Positions 36,901 to 46,394 of a stretch of 64,000 nt of DNA are shown here, piece by piece. Position numbers and translations under genes: made by a program. The notes under the pieces are model-generated. The model made no database searches and was not told the DNA's origin. It was given only the letters and a program-made list of their open reading frames with translations. The stretch's first letter is position 1; each line of letters opens with the position of its first letter. Source of the DNA: Dehalococcoidales bacterium (lineage in GTDB: Bacteria > Chloroflexota > Dehalococcoidia > Dehalococcoidales > JAUWZL01); assembly GCA_034413595.1 (NCBI GenBank), contig DAOUMC010000019.1, forward strand, positions 581 through 64,580. Reading direction: 5' to 3'.

Positions 36901-37554
36901 TTAATACTCAAGGAGAAAGACCTGAGTGGTCTGGGGCAGGTTTGACTTGGTCAAGGAGAGCTTGGCCTGCGGAGTAATACCTGAAGCCCCCATCTCCTTG
37001 AGAAAACTGTCCACTGGGTCCAGCCCTACCGCTTGCGCCGGTGTCTTGTAGTGCATGGGGATGACCGCTCTGGGCTCCAGCTGCCGCACCACTTCAGCGG
37101 CCAGGGAGGCATTTATGGTGGAAACCCCTCCCGCCGGCACCAACAGGACATCAACATTACCCAGCTCCTCCACCTGCTCGTCAGTGAGCGCGTGCCCCAG
37201 GTCACCGAGGTGGCAGATGGCTATCTCGTCTATCTCTATAAGGTAGACGGTATTTTTGCCCCTTAAGCTGCCCTTCTCCTTATCATGAAAGGTGACGATA
37301 CCGATGATGAGCACGTTGCCAACCTCATACTCGCCGGGCCCGGAAATTATCTTTGGGTTGCCGGCTACGCCCTCAGCGAAGCTGTGCCCCGGGTGCTGGT
37401 GGCTTATGGTCACAATGCCGGCCGTGGGTTTGCCCAGAGAGTAACCCAAACCCGGGGAATAAGGGTCGGTGATGACCGTAGTCTGCTTACCCCTGAGCCT
37501 GAAGCATGAGTGGCCCAGCCAGCTAATCTCCATATCAAAGATAGATTTTAACAC
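36901..37554 (-). CDS. Metallo-beta-lactamase-fold hydrolase (UPF0173-like)
   Basis: ISWLGHSCFRL...VITDPY and SHQHPGH motif. Confidence 0.8.
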   Translation of the reverse strand: MLKSIFDMEISWLGHSCFRLRGKQTTVITDPYSPGLGYSLGKPTAGIVTISHQHPGHSFAEGVAGNPKIISGPGEYEVGNVLIIGIVTFHDKEKGSLRGKNTVYLIEIDEIAICHLGDLGHALTDEQVEELGNVDVLLVPAGGVSTINASLAAEVVRQLEPRAVIPMHYKTPAQAVGLDPVDSFLKEMGASGITPQAKLSLTKSNLPQTTQVFLLEY

Positions 37555-37611
37555 GGGCGTCTGCTCCGGTCAATTAAATATTGTCCCCCATTGTGATATG
37601 ATGTTTCAGGA

Positions 37612-38346
37612 ATGCGTTATGCCATACTAGCCGATATTCATGCCAACCTGGCTGCTTTCACCGCCGTGTTGGAGGACATTGCCCACCGGGGAGAGGTAGA
37701 AGAGCTCTGGTGCCTGGGGGACATTGTCGGCTACGGCCCTGACCCCAGCCAGTGCCTTGAACTCCTGCGCCAGCACAGGCACATATCCATCTGCGGCAAC
37801 CATGACCTGGCGGCTATAGGTAAGGCAGACATAAGGCGTTTTAACCCCGATGCCGCCTTTGCCGCCCGCTGGACGGCAGAGCAGTTAAGCCAGGAGCACA
37901 TCAACTACCTGGAGGGTCTGCCCAGGGTCATTGAGAAAGACAATTTCACTCTGGTACACGGCAGCCCCAGGGAGCCGATATGGGAGTACCTTCTATCCAC
38001 CAACAGTGCCCGGGAGAGCTTCGCTCACTTCAGTTCAAAGTTCTGCCTGGTGGGGCACTCCCACGTCCCCCTGATATTCAGACAGGAGGAGAACGGCGAC
38101 TGCTCATCTATACCTTTTACCACCGGCATCGGACAGGTCTTGGGCAGGAGCCGGACGATTATCAATCCGGGCAGCGTTGGGCAGCCCAGGGACGGCGACC
38201 CCAGAGCCAGCTACGCCACCTACGACAGCCAATCAGGGGTGGTCAGGCTGTACCGCGTCGCCTACGACATCCAAGCCACACAGACGAAGATGGTCAAAAA
38301 CAACCTGCCCGTGCGCCTGGTAGTCCGCCTGGAGCACGGGCTGTGA
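37612..38346 (+). CDS. Calcineurin-like metallophosphoesterase
   Basis: ILADIHAN, LGDIVGYGP, GNHD and GHSH motifs. Confidence 0.85.
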   Translation: MRYAILADIHANLAAFTAVLEDIAHRGEVEELWCLGDIVGYGPDPSQCLELLRQHRHISICGNHDLAAIGKADIRRFNPDAAFAARWTAEQLSQEHINYLEGLPRVIEKDNFTLVHGSPREPIWEYLLSTNSARESFAHFSSKFCLVGHSHVPLIFRQEENGDCSSIPFTTGIGQVLGRSRTIINPGSVGQPRDGDPRASYATYDSQSGVVRLYRVAYDIQATQTKMVKNNLPVRLVVRLEHGL

Positions 38347-38351
38347 TTAAA

Positions 38352-39266
38352 ATGATGGTCAAGAAGACAAGAAGTGGAAAGACCTGCCCCGAGGCGTCAC
38401 TGCTCAGCCAGACGAAATCTCTGTTGCGACGCCTCGGGCTTAAAGCCAGGAAAGGCCTGGGACAACACTTCCTTGTTGACCGGGAGGTATTGAAAACCAT
38501 AGTCTCGGCCGCCAAGCTCACCCCGGCTGATATTGTTATTGAGGTCGGGCCCGGGCTTGGGCTGATGACGCGGGAGCTCGCCAGACAAGCCGGCTGGGTG
38601 GCGGCGGTTGAGCTTGACAAGCAGCTGGCTGATGCCCTGAAACAGACCTTAGACCAAGCCAAGAATGTGACCATTATCAATAAGGATATACTTGATACTG
38701 AACCATCGGCTCTTCTCAGGGAATTAACAACAGGCCTGCCACAAGGGATAGACGAATCGGGTTACAAGGTGGTGGCCAATCTGCCCTACTATATCACCTC
38801 AGCGGTGCTGCGCCACTTTCTTGAGGCTTTGCCCAGACCAAGGCTCATGGTGGTCATGGTGCAGAAGGAGGTGGCTCAGGCTATTGCGGCAAAACCGGGC
38901 GATATGAGCCTGCTTGCTGTTAGCGTGCAGTTCTACGGCCGGCCTGAGATCATAAGCTATGTTCCCGCCGGCTGCTTCTACCCGGCACCGGAGGTGGACT
39001 CAGCCGTCCTTAAGATTGTTCCACACCCCGAGCCGGCGGTGGCGGTTAAAGACAGAGAGGGCTTTTTCAGGCTGGTGCGGGCTGGCTTTACCGCCCCCCG
39101 CAAGCAGCTGGCCAACTCGCTGGCCCAGGGACTGGGAATCGGCAAGCCCGGGATGCTGCCGCTGCTGGAGAAAGCCGGCATAATGCCCCAGAGGCGGGCA
39201 GAGACTCTTACCCTGGAAGAATGGGCAGAGTTGTGGCGGGTATCTGGCCGGGCGGAGAGACCGTGA
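38352..39266 (+). CDS. rsmA: 16S rRNA (adenine1518/1519-N6)-dimethyltransferase RsmA/KsgA
   Basis: GQHFLVD, EVGPGLGLMT and ANLPYYITS. The track ORF from 37980 is an out-of-frame run over the preceding gene. Confidence 0.92.
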   Translation: MMVKKTRSGKTCPEASLLSQTKSLLRRLGLKARKGLGQHFLVDREVLKTIVSAAKLTPADIVIEVGPGLGLMTRELARQAGWVAAVELDKQLADALKQTLDQAKNVTIINKDILDTEPSALLRELTTGLPQGIDESGYKVVANLPYYITSAVLRHFLEALPRPRLMVVMVQKEVAQAIAAKPGDMSLLAVSVQFYGRPEIISYVPAGCFYPAPEVDSAVLKIVPHPEPAVAVKDREGFFRLVRAGFTAPRKQLANSLAQGLGIGKPGMLPLLEKAGIMPQRRAETLTLEEWAELWRVSGRAERP

Positions 39267-40126
39267 TGCTGACCGTTCTGACACCAGCCAAAGTCAATCT
39301 GACCCTAGAGGTCCTGGCCAAGAGGACCGACGGCTTCCACGAAATCCGCAGCGTCATCCAGACCATCGGCCTGTGTGACCAACTCTGCTTCAGCCCGAAC
39401 AGCAGGCTGGTCTTCAGGTGCGACGAGCCCGGATGGCTGGCCGGAAAAAGCCTGGTACCCAGGGCCGCCCGCTGGCTTAAGAAAGCCTCGGCATGCCGCA
39501 AGGGTGCAATAATAGACATCCATAAGAAAATCCCTCTTCTCTCCGGACTGGCCGGGGATTCCAGTGACGCCGCCGCTGTCCTGCGTGGTCTCAGCAAGCT
39601 CTGGAGCTTGTCCCTGCCACCCGGTAACCTGGCCCGACTGGCATCTGAGCTGGGTTCGGACGTACCTTTCTTCCTGTTCGGTGGCACCGCCCTAGCTCAG
39701 GGCAGGGGTGAAATGGTTAGTCCGCTACCTCCGCTACCCCATATGTGGCTTGTCCTGCTAGTGCCAGATACAACCAGACCAGAGGGAAAGACAGGGCAGC
39801 TTTATGCCAGCCTTGAACCGAAACACTACACAAATGGGAGGGTAACCGAAGGACTGGTGGCACTTTTGACCCGGGGTGGCGGGATAACACAAGATAATCT
39901 GTTCAACGTTTTTGAATCTATTGCCGACAACAGCTTTGATGGGCTGGACGACTATCGGCAAAGGTTCTTAAAAGCCGGGGCGAAAAGCGTTCACCTGGCT
40001 GGCTCAGGGCCGACCCTGTTCACCCTGACCAAGGCCAAGGCCAAGGCCAAGAAGATATATGACCGGCTCCAAAAACAGGGATTGGAATGCTATCTGACAG
40101 AGACACTCAGGTCTATTGAACCTTAG
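39266..40126 (+). CDS. ispE: 4-diphosphocytidyl-2-C-methyl-D-erythritol kinase
   Basis: PAKVNLTLEV, DGFHEIRSV and GLAGDSSDAAAVL (GHMP kinase motif). The ATG overlaps the rsmA stop. Confidence 0.9.
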   Translation: MLTVLTPAKVNLTLEVLAKRTDGFHEIRSVIQTIGLCDQLCFSPNSRLVFRCDEPGWLAGKSLVPRAARWLKKASACRKGAIIDIHKKIPLLSGLAGDSSDAAAVLRGLSKLWSLSLPPGNLARLASELGSDVPFFLFGGTALAQGRGEMVSPLPPLPHMWLVLLVPDTTRPEGKTGQLYASLEPKHYTNGRVTEGLVALLTRGGGITQDNLFNVFESIADNSFDGLDDYRQRFLKAGAKSVHLAGSGPTLFTLTKAKAKAKKIYDRLQKQGLECYLTETLRSIEP

Positions 40127-40147
40127 AACACGCTGAAGGTTAAGACG

Positions 40148-40771
40148 ATGCTAGAACCAGCTTTGGCCATAATTACCGGCTATCTTCTGGGCTCTGTTCC
40201 CTTTGCCTATATCGCCGGCCGCCTGATAAAGAGAGTTGATATAGGCCAGGTGGGCGGCGGCAATATAGGGGCGACCAATGTCATGCGGGAAGTCGGGACT
40301 GCCGCCGGCATCGGCGTTCTCCTGGCTGACATGGCCAAGGGCGCCCTGGCAGTGATGATCGCCCAACAGCTAAGTCCGTCCCTGGTAATCACGTTTATCG
40401 CCGGCTTCGCCGCCGTGGTCGGTCACAACTGGTCTGTCTTCCTCAAGTTCCAGGGAGGAATGGGAGCGGCGACCACCATCGGGGTCTTCTTCGCCCTGGT
40501 GCCCATCCCCTGCGCCATCAGCTTTGCGGTGATGGTGTTAGTCATCCTGCCCACCAGCAACATCAGGCTTGGAATAGGTGTCGGCTATGTTTTTCTGCCC
40601 TTTATCATCTGGGGGTTTGGTGGCGAGCCAAGTCTCATCATCTATTCGGTAGCCCTGCCCCTGTTTACCGCTCTCCGGCTGATACCGGAGGTCAAAAAAA
40701 TCAGCCCCGAGGAGAGAAAGGGGCTGATTTTTGACCGGGAGCACACCTGGTGGCAGAGAAAGAGAAAGTAA
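40148..40771 (+). CDS. plsY: Glycerol-3-phosphate acyltransferase PlsY
   Basis: GYLLGSVPFAYI, GGGNIGATNV, LLADMAKG and VGHNWSVF. Confidence 0.92.
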   Translation: MLEPALAIITGYLLGSVPFAYIAGRLIKRVDIGQVGGGNIGATNVMREVGTAAGIGVLLADMAKGALAVMIAQQLSPSLVITFIAGFAAVVGHNWSVFLKFQGGMGAATTIGVFFALVPIPCAISFAVMVLVILPTSNIRLGIGVGYVFLPFIIWGFGGEPSLIIYSVALPLFTALRLIPEVKKISPEERKGLIFDREHTWWQRKRK

Positions 40772-42019
40772 TCAGCCACTTTCCATCCACTCCCTTACCA
40801 GTTTCTCCTCGTCCTGCCTTGTCTTAACCTCGCCGTCCAGCCTGGCGTCAAGGAGCCGGTTCAGTATCTCTTTTATTCGAGGCCCGGGGGCGATGCCCAT
40901 ATTTATCAGGTCGTCGCCGGTAAGTCTGGACTTTACCAGGCGGAGCTTGTCAAGATAAAGCCGGATATTCCGGTGGGCTTCCGGTGATTCACTGGCTATA
41001 AGGTTAGCAGTGATTGCCGGCAGAGCATAGCCGTGAAGGAGATGATATATATGGCTTGGCTTAAGAGTGGGGCTGGCGAGCTCGGGGGGCCTGGTCCTTA
41101 TTCTGCCGCTGTCCCTCAGTGTCTGGGCGAGCGTCTTGGGCAGCCTGAGGAAAGAGATGAGTTTTTCCTTCTCTTCGTCGGTCAGATGGTAGGTAAACAG
41201 CGCCAGGTAGAGGTCAGGCGGCGGCTGGTGGGGTAAGCAAACCCGGCGTGCTTCGTCAAATCTTGCCTCAAGCCAGCCGTTGCCTCTGAGCGATGGGCCT
41301 AGCTTGTTCAGCACGCCAAGCTCCCCGGCCCGCCTGAAAACCCTCTCGGGGTACCCCTCACTAAGCACGCACTCCAGCTCATAGCGGATGCGGTCGCCGC
41401 TTATGGTGTCCAGCATGGGTATATCCCGCCTGAGGAGCCCCAGCGTATTTGGCTCCAGCTTGAAGCCCAGCCGCTGTTCGTAGCGGACTGCCCGCCAGAT
41501 GCGGGTGGCGTCGTCAACAAAACTGTTATCATGCAGGATGCGAATAATTTTGTGTTCAAGGTCATTCATACCGCCGTAGAGGTCAATCAGCTTGCCATAG
41601 TCTTCCGGGCTGAGCTCAGCCGCCATGGCATTGATGGTAAAGTCCCGGCGAAAGAGGTCGTCATTCAACGAGCCGGGCCTGACGGTGGGCAAAGCTCCCG
41701 GCCGGGCATAGCTCTCGGAGCGGGCCGTCGCCAGGTCAACAGACCACTTCCGCCACCTGAGCTTGGCGGTGCTGAAGCGGTGGTGAATGGTGATTTCACC
41801 CGGTTCCTTTTCCGCAAGCCGCCTGGCCAGAGCCACGGCGTCACCCTCCACCACCAGGTCGATGTCAAAGTTGCCCTTGCCCAGAACAAGGTCGCGGACG
41901 ATGCCGCCAACAAGATAGAGCTTCTCCCCCTTTCGGGCGGCAAGGTCTCCGGCGGCCTTAATAAAACTGACCAGCTCAGCTGGCAGCCGTTTTTCTATTT
42001 TGTCAGTCAGATTCTGCAC
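40772..42019 (-). CDS. Second class II nucleotidyltransferase (CCA/CC/A-adding or poly(A) polymerase type), no HD domain
   Basis: LYLVGGIVRDLVLGK..FDIDLVVEG and RRDFTINAMA. 415 aa. Its stop abuts the plsY stop (TAATCA). Confidence 0.82.
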   Translation of the reverse strand: MQNLTDKIEKRLPAELVSFIKAAGDLAARKGEKLYLVGGIVRDLVLGKGNFDIDLVVEGDAVALARRLAEKEPGEITIHHRFSTAKLRWRKWSVDLATARSESYARPGALPTVRPGSLNDDLFRRDFTINAMAAELSPEDYGKLIDLYGGMNDLEHKIIRILHDNSFVDDATRIWRAVRYEQRLGFKLEPNTLGLLRRDIPMLDTISGDRIRYELECVLSEGYPERVFRRAGELGVLNKLGPSLRGNGWLEARFDEARRVCLPHQPPPDLYLALFTYHLTDEEKEKLISFLRLPKTLAQTLRDSGRIRTRPPELASPTLKPSHIYHLLHGYALPAITANLIASESPEAHRNIRLYLDKLRLVKSRLTGDDLINMGIAPGPRIKEILNRLLDARLDGEVKTRQDEEKLVREWMESG

Positions 42020-42075
42020 CGTTTTTTCTATCCCTCAGCTCTGGCCGATTATAGCACAGGCCGTTACGGAGTTCA

Positions 42076-42104
42076 TTGCCTTTGGCCGACTGTTCTCCTA
42101 TAAT
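42076..42104 (+). promoter_or_regulatory. Promoter TTGCCT-17-TATAAT
   Basis: The hexamers are at 42076-42081 and 42099-42104. The track start TTG 42076 is the -35 box. Confidence 0.45.
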
Positions 42105-42123
42105 ATACTTTAAGGCAGAAACT

Positions 42124-42672
42124 ATGACAGTAGTCGCCATCGTGGGTATGGCTGGCGCCGGCAAATCGGAGGCAGCCAGGTTATTTGAAGCCAAGGGCTT
42201 TCACAGGATAAGGTTCGGCGATGTTACCGATGAAGAAGTAACAAGGCAGGGGCTCAAACTAAACGAGGAAAACGAGCGCCGCATAAGAGAGCAACTCAGA
42301 GAAAGATACGGCATGGCCGCCTACGCCAGACTCAATCTTCCGCGAATTGATTCGGCACTGAAGTCGCCGGTAGTCATTGACGGGCTCTACTCCTGGGAGG
42401 AGTATCTTCTGCTCAAGGATTACTACGGGGAAGACTTCTCTGTCGTCGCCGTCTGGGCTTCACCAAAAACAAGATATGCCCGTCTGGCGGCCAGGGCAGA
42501 GAGGCCGCTGACTTTAGAAGAGGCAGCCGGCCGCGATAGAACCGAAATAGAAAACCTGAACAAGAGCGGACCTATCGCCATAGCCGATTTCACCATCCTG
42601 AACGAGGCTTCCTTAGAAAATCTGCGAAAGGAAGTGAAGAAGATAATTTCCGCTTTAGGGGGAAGGCATTGA
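42124..42672 (+). CDS. P-loop nucleoside/nucleotide kinase-like protein (UPF0200 / dephospho-CoA-kinase-like)
   Basis: VAIVGMAGAGKSEAA Walker A. Its size and its overlap with the dCMP deaminase gene suggest a dNMP-related role. Confidence 0.6.
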   Translation: MTVVAIVGMAGAGKSEAARLFEAKGFHRIRFGDVTDEEVTRQGLKLNEENERRIREQLRERYGMAAYARLNLPRIDSALKSPVVIDGLYSWEEYLLLKDYYGEDFSVVAVWASPKTRYARLAARAERPLTLEEAAGRDRTEIENLNKSGPIAIADFTILNEASLENLRKEVKKIISALGGRH

Positions 42673-43142
42673 CCCGGCCGTCCGCTGATGAATACTTTCT
42701 CAAGGTGGCCGCCGTGGTGGCCGAGCGCTCTACCTGCCGCCGGCACCATATCGGCGCCGTGGCCGTGAGGGACAAGCACATACTGGCCACTGGTTATAAC
42801 GGTGCCCCGGCCGGCTCGCCGGACTGCCTTGAGCTGGGCTGTCTCAGGGATGAGCTGGGCATACCCTCGGGGGAAAGACACGAGATATGCCGGGCTATCC
42901 ATGCCGAGCAGAACGTCATCATCCAGGCGGCGCTCCACGGAGTCAGCCTTGAGGGGGCGACCATCTATGCCACTCATACTCCCTGCGTCCTGTGCGCCAA
43001 GATGCTGGTCAACGCCAGGATAAGGTGCTACATCAGCTTTGGTAAGTACAACGATGACAACTTCATCTGCCTTTTCCAGGAAGCCGGTATAGGGTTTAAG
43101 AAGATGGCAAGACCGCCATCACAAATCGGCTATCTGGATTAG
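42669..43142 (+). CDS. dCMP deaminase (ComEB-type cytidine/deoxycytidylate deaminase)
   Basis: DEYFLKVAAVVAERSTC, HAEQNVI and PCVLCAKMLVNA zinc motifs. Confidence 0.9.
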   Translation: MTRPSADEYFLKVAAVVAERSTCRRHHIGAVAVRDKHILATGYNGAPAGSPDCLELGCLRDELGIPSGERHEICRAIHAEQNVIIQAALHGVSLEGATIYATHTPCVLCAKMLVNARIRCYISFGKYNDDNFICLFQEAGIGFKKMARPPSQIGYLD

Positions 43143-43197
43143 AGTCTTGACACCGATGGTAAAATTGATAAACGCTGATTAACGGTAGGGATTTAGG

Positions 43198-43923
43198 ATG
43201 AGTCAGCCTATAGTTATCGAGAACCTGAGTAAGTATTACAACCATTTCCTGGCTCTGGATAAGCTGTCACTCAGCATAGCCGAGAACAAGGATGTCGGGC
43301 TCCTTGGCCCCAACGGTGCCGGCAAGAGCACCACCCTCAAGATACTGTGCGGCCTCATCCACTCCTCCTCCGGTGCCGCCTATATCGACGGCATCAACAT
43401 AGCCGAGAAGCCGGAGCAGGCACTCTCCAGGATCGGGGCTATCGTGGAGACACCGGAGTTCTATTCCTTCCTCACTCCGGAAGAGACACTCAGCTACCTG
43501 GGCAGGCTCCGGGGGATGCAGGGGAACAGGCTAAGAAACAGGATAAAGGAATTAATCCATCTGGTCAGGCTTGACGAGTGGGTCTCGGTCAGGATAGAGA
43601 AATTTTCCCGGGGGATGAAGCAGCGGCTGGCCGTGGCACAGGCCCTGCTGCACGACCCCCCGATTCTAATCCTGGATGAACCGGCCCTGGGACTCGACCC
43701 CAAGGGCGTGGTTGAATTCCGCAAAATCATCGCCGGAGCCGGGGAGGAGAAAACGGTCCTCTTCGCCTCACACCAGCTTGTCGAGGTCGCTCAGATATGC
43801 ACCGATGTAGCCATCATAGACCACGGGAAGCTGCTGGCCTATGACAGCATCGCCGAGCTGGAGAAGAAATACCAGTCGCTTGAGAACGCCTACCTCGAGC
43901 TGACAGGAGGCTCTGTTGAGTGA
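43198..43923 (+). CDS. ABC transporter ATP-binding protein (ABC-2 type)
   Basis: GPNGAGKST, signature FSRGMKQRL and ILILDEP. Confidence 0.9.
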   Translation: MSQPIVIENLSKYYNHFLALDKLSLSIAENKDVGLLGPNGAGKSTTLKILCGLIHSSSGAAYIDGINIAEKPEQALSRIGAIVETPEFYSFLTPEETLSYLGRLRGMQGNRLRNRIKELIHLVRLDEWVSVRIEKFSRGMKQRLAVAQALLHDPPILILDEPALGLDPKGVVEFRKIIAGAGEEKTVLFASHQLVEVAQICTDVAIIDHGKLLAYDSIAELEKKYQSLENAYLELTGGSVE

Positions 43924-44719
43924 ATTAGCAAAGCTGAGAGTGGTTACCGGTTATGAGTTCCTGAAGCACATCCGCCGGAGACGGCTGTATGTCATCCTGG
44001 GTCTCACACTGGTTGCCGAACTGGCGGTTGTCATCCTCTTACCAGCGCTGGGCACGGGTTACCCCGATAATGTCTTGGTGATGGCGGCCCTGCTTACCAT
44101 TGGCCCCAGTCTGGCGGCCATCGGGGCGGTCTTCTTTGCCGGAGACGCCATAGCCGGGGAGTTTGAGACCAAGACCGGCTTTATACTTTTTACCAACCCT
44201 ATCCGGCGAACCACGCTGGTAATCGGCAAGTACCTGGCCAGCTTTGCCGCGGTGATAATACTGGTGGCTTTCGGCTATGTCATTAGCTGCATCACCCTGC
44301 TGTCGATATACGGCAGCATCCCGGTGGCCACGGCCGAGTCATTCGGGCTGTGCCTGCTGTACGCCGGCGCCGTCCTATCGCTGACCTTCTTCTTCAGCTC
44401 TCTATCAAAAGGGGCTATGGGAGCCACCGTTATAACACTGGTGTTCATAATGGTAATTTCTTCTATTATTGACTCCGTGCTTATGATGGCCGGTGAGCCG
44501 CACTGGTTTCTCCTGTCGACCAACGGCGACACCATCGCTACCGTTTACGGAGGGTATGAGCTTTTCATGCAGGGACTCATACCCCAGGGCGGCATGAGCA
44601 CGCTACCTTTTGAGCTGGAGAACCCAAACGTCGGCCTTAGCGTTCTCTCGATGTCAATCTACCTGGTGGCAGGTTTCGTCCTGAGCCTCTGGATAAGCAG
44701 AAGGAGGCAGCTGGCCTAG
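43916..44719 (+). CDS. ABC-2 family transporter permease
   Basis: 6-TM pattern and an 8-nt overlap with the ATPase gene. Confidence 0.75.
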   Translation: MSELAKLRVVTGYEFLKHIRRRRLYVILGLTLVAELAVVILLPALGTGYPDNVLVMAALLTIGPSLAAIGAVFFAGDAIAGEFETKTGFILFTNPIRRTTLVIGKYLASFAAVIILVAFGYVISCITLLSIYGSIPVATAESFGLCLLYAGAVLSLTFFFSSLSKGAMGATVITLVFIMVISSIIDSVLMMAGEPHWFLLSTNGDTIATVYGGYELFMQGLIPQGGMSTLPFELENPNVGLSVLSMSIYLVAGFVLSLWISRRRQLA

Positions 44720-44766
44720 CTAAACCACGGTGCTCCAGGAGAAGGATTTTGGGGCGAGTTTAAGAA

Positions 44767-45684
44767 ATGTCATCGCTGTACGCCAGGGTGATTGTCAACC
44801 CGGTAGCCGGAGCTAAAGCCACCGGCCGCAAATGGCCCCGTATCAGCCGACTGCTACGGCACATCGGCCTGACTTTTGACTACCAGTACACCGAGGGCGT
44901 CGGCCACGCCATTGAGCTTGCCCGAGAGGCGGTGAGCTGTGGCTGCCAGTTTCTGGTAGCCGTCGGCGGGGACGGCACGGTTAATGAGGTAGCCAACGGC
45001 ATACTATCCTCCAGCCAGGCAGACATGACGGCTATCGGCGTCGTCAGCACCGGAACCGGCAGCGATTTTGTCCGTTCGGTAGGCATCCCCCGAAATTACG
45101 TCAGAGCCTGCTCCTGCCTTGCCGGGGCCAGAAGGCTACTGATTGATGTCGGCGTTGTTGAATACCAGAAGAACGGGCAGACCCTCAGGCGTTTCTTTGT
45201 TAACTCGGCCGGCGTTGGCTTTGATGCCCAGGTAGCCGAGCTGGCCAATCGCCTGCCCAAGTACTTTGGCGGCACCATACCTTACGTGTTTGGCCTGCTC
45301 CGCTCTCTGGCCAGTTACAGGAACAAAACGGTTGACCTTACCCTGGACAACCAGATGACAACCAAAAGGGTGTTGAGTGTCGTGGTGGCTAATGGCCGCT
45401 ACATCGGCGGCGGTATGCTGGTGGCGCCACAGGCCGAGCTGGGTGACAGCCTGCTTGATGTCATGGCTGTTGGTGATATGGGCAGGCTGGAGCTGTTAAG
45501 GGCATTCCCCAGGATATACAAGGGCACCCATATAACCCACCCCAAGGTCAGAATAGAAAGGGCAACCAGGGTCGCCATCATCCCTTCAACAGACAACTTC
45601 CTGGTACACGCCGATGGCGAGTTCCTGGGACAGGGCCCGGCCTCATTCCGGATTCTACCCCGGGCCTTGAGCGTCGCCGTTTAG
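44767..45684 (+). CDS. Diacylglycerol-kinase-family lipid kinase (YegS-like)
   Basis: VAVGGDGTVNEV and VSTGTGSDF. Confidence 0.85.
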   Translation: MSSLYARVIVNPVAGAKATGRKWPRISRLLRHIGLTFDYQYTEGVGHAIELAREAVSCGCQFLVAVGGDGTVNEVANGILSSSQADMTAIGVVSTGTGSDFVRSVGIPRNYVRACSCLAGARRLLIDVGVVEYQKNGQTLRRFFVNSAGVGFDAQVAELANRLPKYFGGTIPYVFGLLRSLASYRNKTVDLTLDNQMTTKRVLSVVVANGRYIGGGMLVAPQAELGDSLLDVMAVGDMGRLELLRAFPRIYKGTHITHPKVRIERATRVAIIPSTDNFLVHADGEFLGQGPASFRILPRALSVAV

Positions 45685-46196
45685 CCTGTATTTTCACCCT
45701 GATAAACACCGTTATAACCTTCTGTCTTTTGGCTCAGACGAAAGAAGATAAGCTGCACCACACGGGCGTTCCTTTGCAGTCGAAATCCCTGCTCATTATA
45801 GACCACCAGGAGAGACTGGGAACGGCCCGAATATCCAGCATCCCAGACGGCGGTGTTTATGGTAACACCACAGCGGAGCAGGCTTGAGCGGGGGGTTGCC
45901 AGCGCCATAATGTTCCGGGGCAGATGGACAACCTCGTTATAGGTGATGCTATAAATACCCAGCACCAGGTAAATAAAGTCCAGGCCGTCAAACACCAGGG
46001 GGGCTAAATCAGACACCTGTCGCTCACTGTTGCTGGTAGCGATTCTGCCCGATGACTGGAACAGGGCAATCTGGCGCAGGGTCAGGTCGATGCCGTTAGG
46101 CTGGAGCTGCTCCTTAAGGTTAACACAGCCCTCTATCAAGGGTGGTTGTTGCTCCAGCAGACTCTGGATTTCCCGCCGGGACAAAACAGATGCCAT
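45681..46196 (-). CDS. dCTP deaminase/dUTPase-superfamily protein
   Basis: NGIDLTL, R.S..R.G and AVWDAGYSGRSQ resemble the archaeal-type dUTPase/dCTP deaminase fold. Confidence 0.65.
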   Translation of the reverse strand: MASVLSRREIQSLLEQQPPLIEGCVNLKEQLQPNGIDLTLRQIALFQSSGRIATSNSERQVSDLAPLVFDGLDFIYLVLGIYSITYNEVVHLPRNIMALATPRSSLLRCGVTINTAVWDAGYSGRSQSLLVVYNEQGFRLQRNARVVQLIFFRLSQKTEGYNGVYQGENTG

Positions 46197-46394
46197 TTAC
46201 GCCCTTCATTTTAATAGCTCCTCTATGTATTATCAACCTTGTGCTAGACTAACCTGAACATCGCTTCGAGCATGTCCAGGGTTTTTGGTAAAAGTCAGCA
46301 CAGGTATACCGCTTTTATCCTAATATTCAGGTATAATATTGCGATGTCAAATTTTGCTTTAGTTATGTTAAACTAAGCACCAAAGTGTAATCTT

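Noticed and set aside
37980-38351. A 124-codon N-terminal extension of the rsmA ORF in the track.
   Set aside because: It overlaps the metallophosphoesterase gene in another frame. RsmA homology begins right after ATG 38352.
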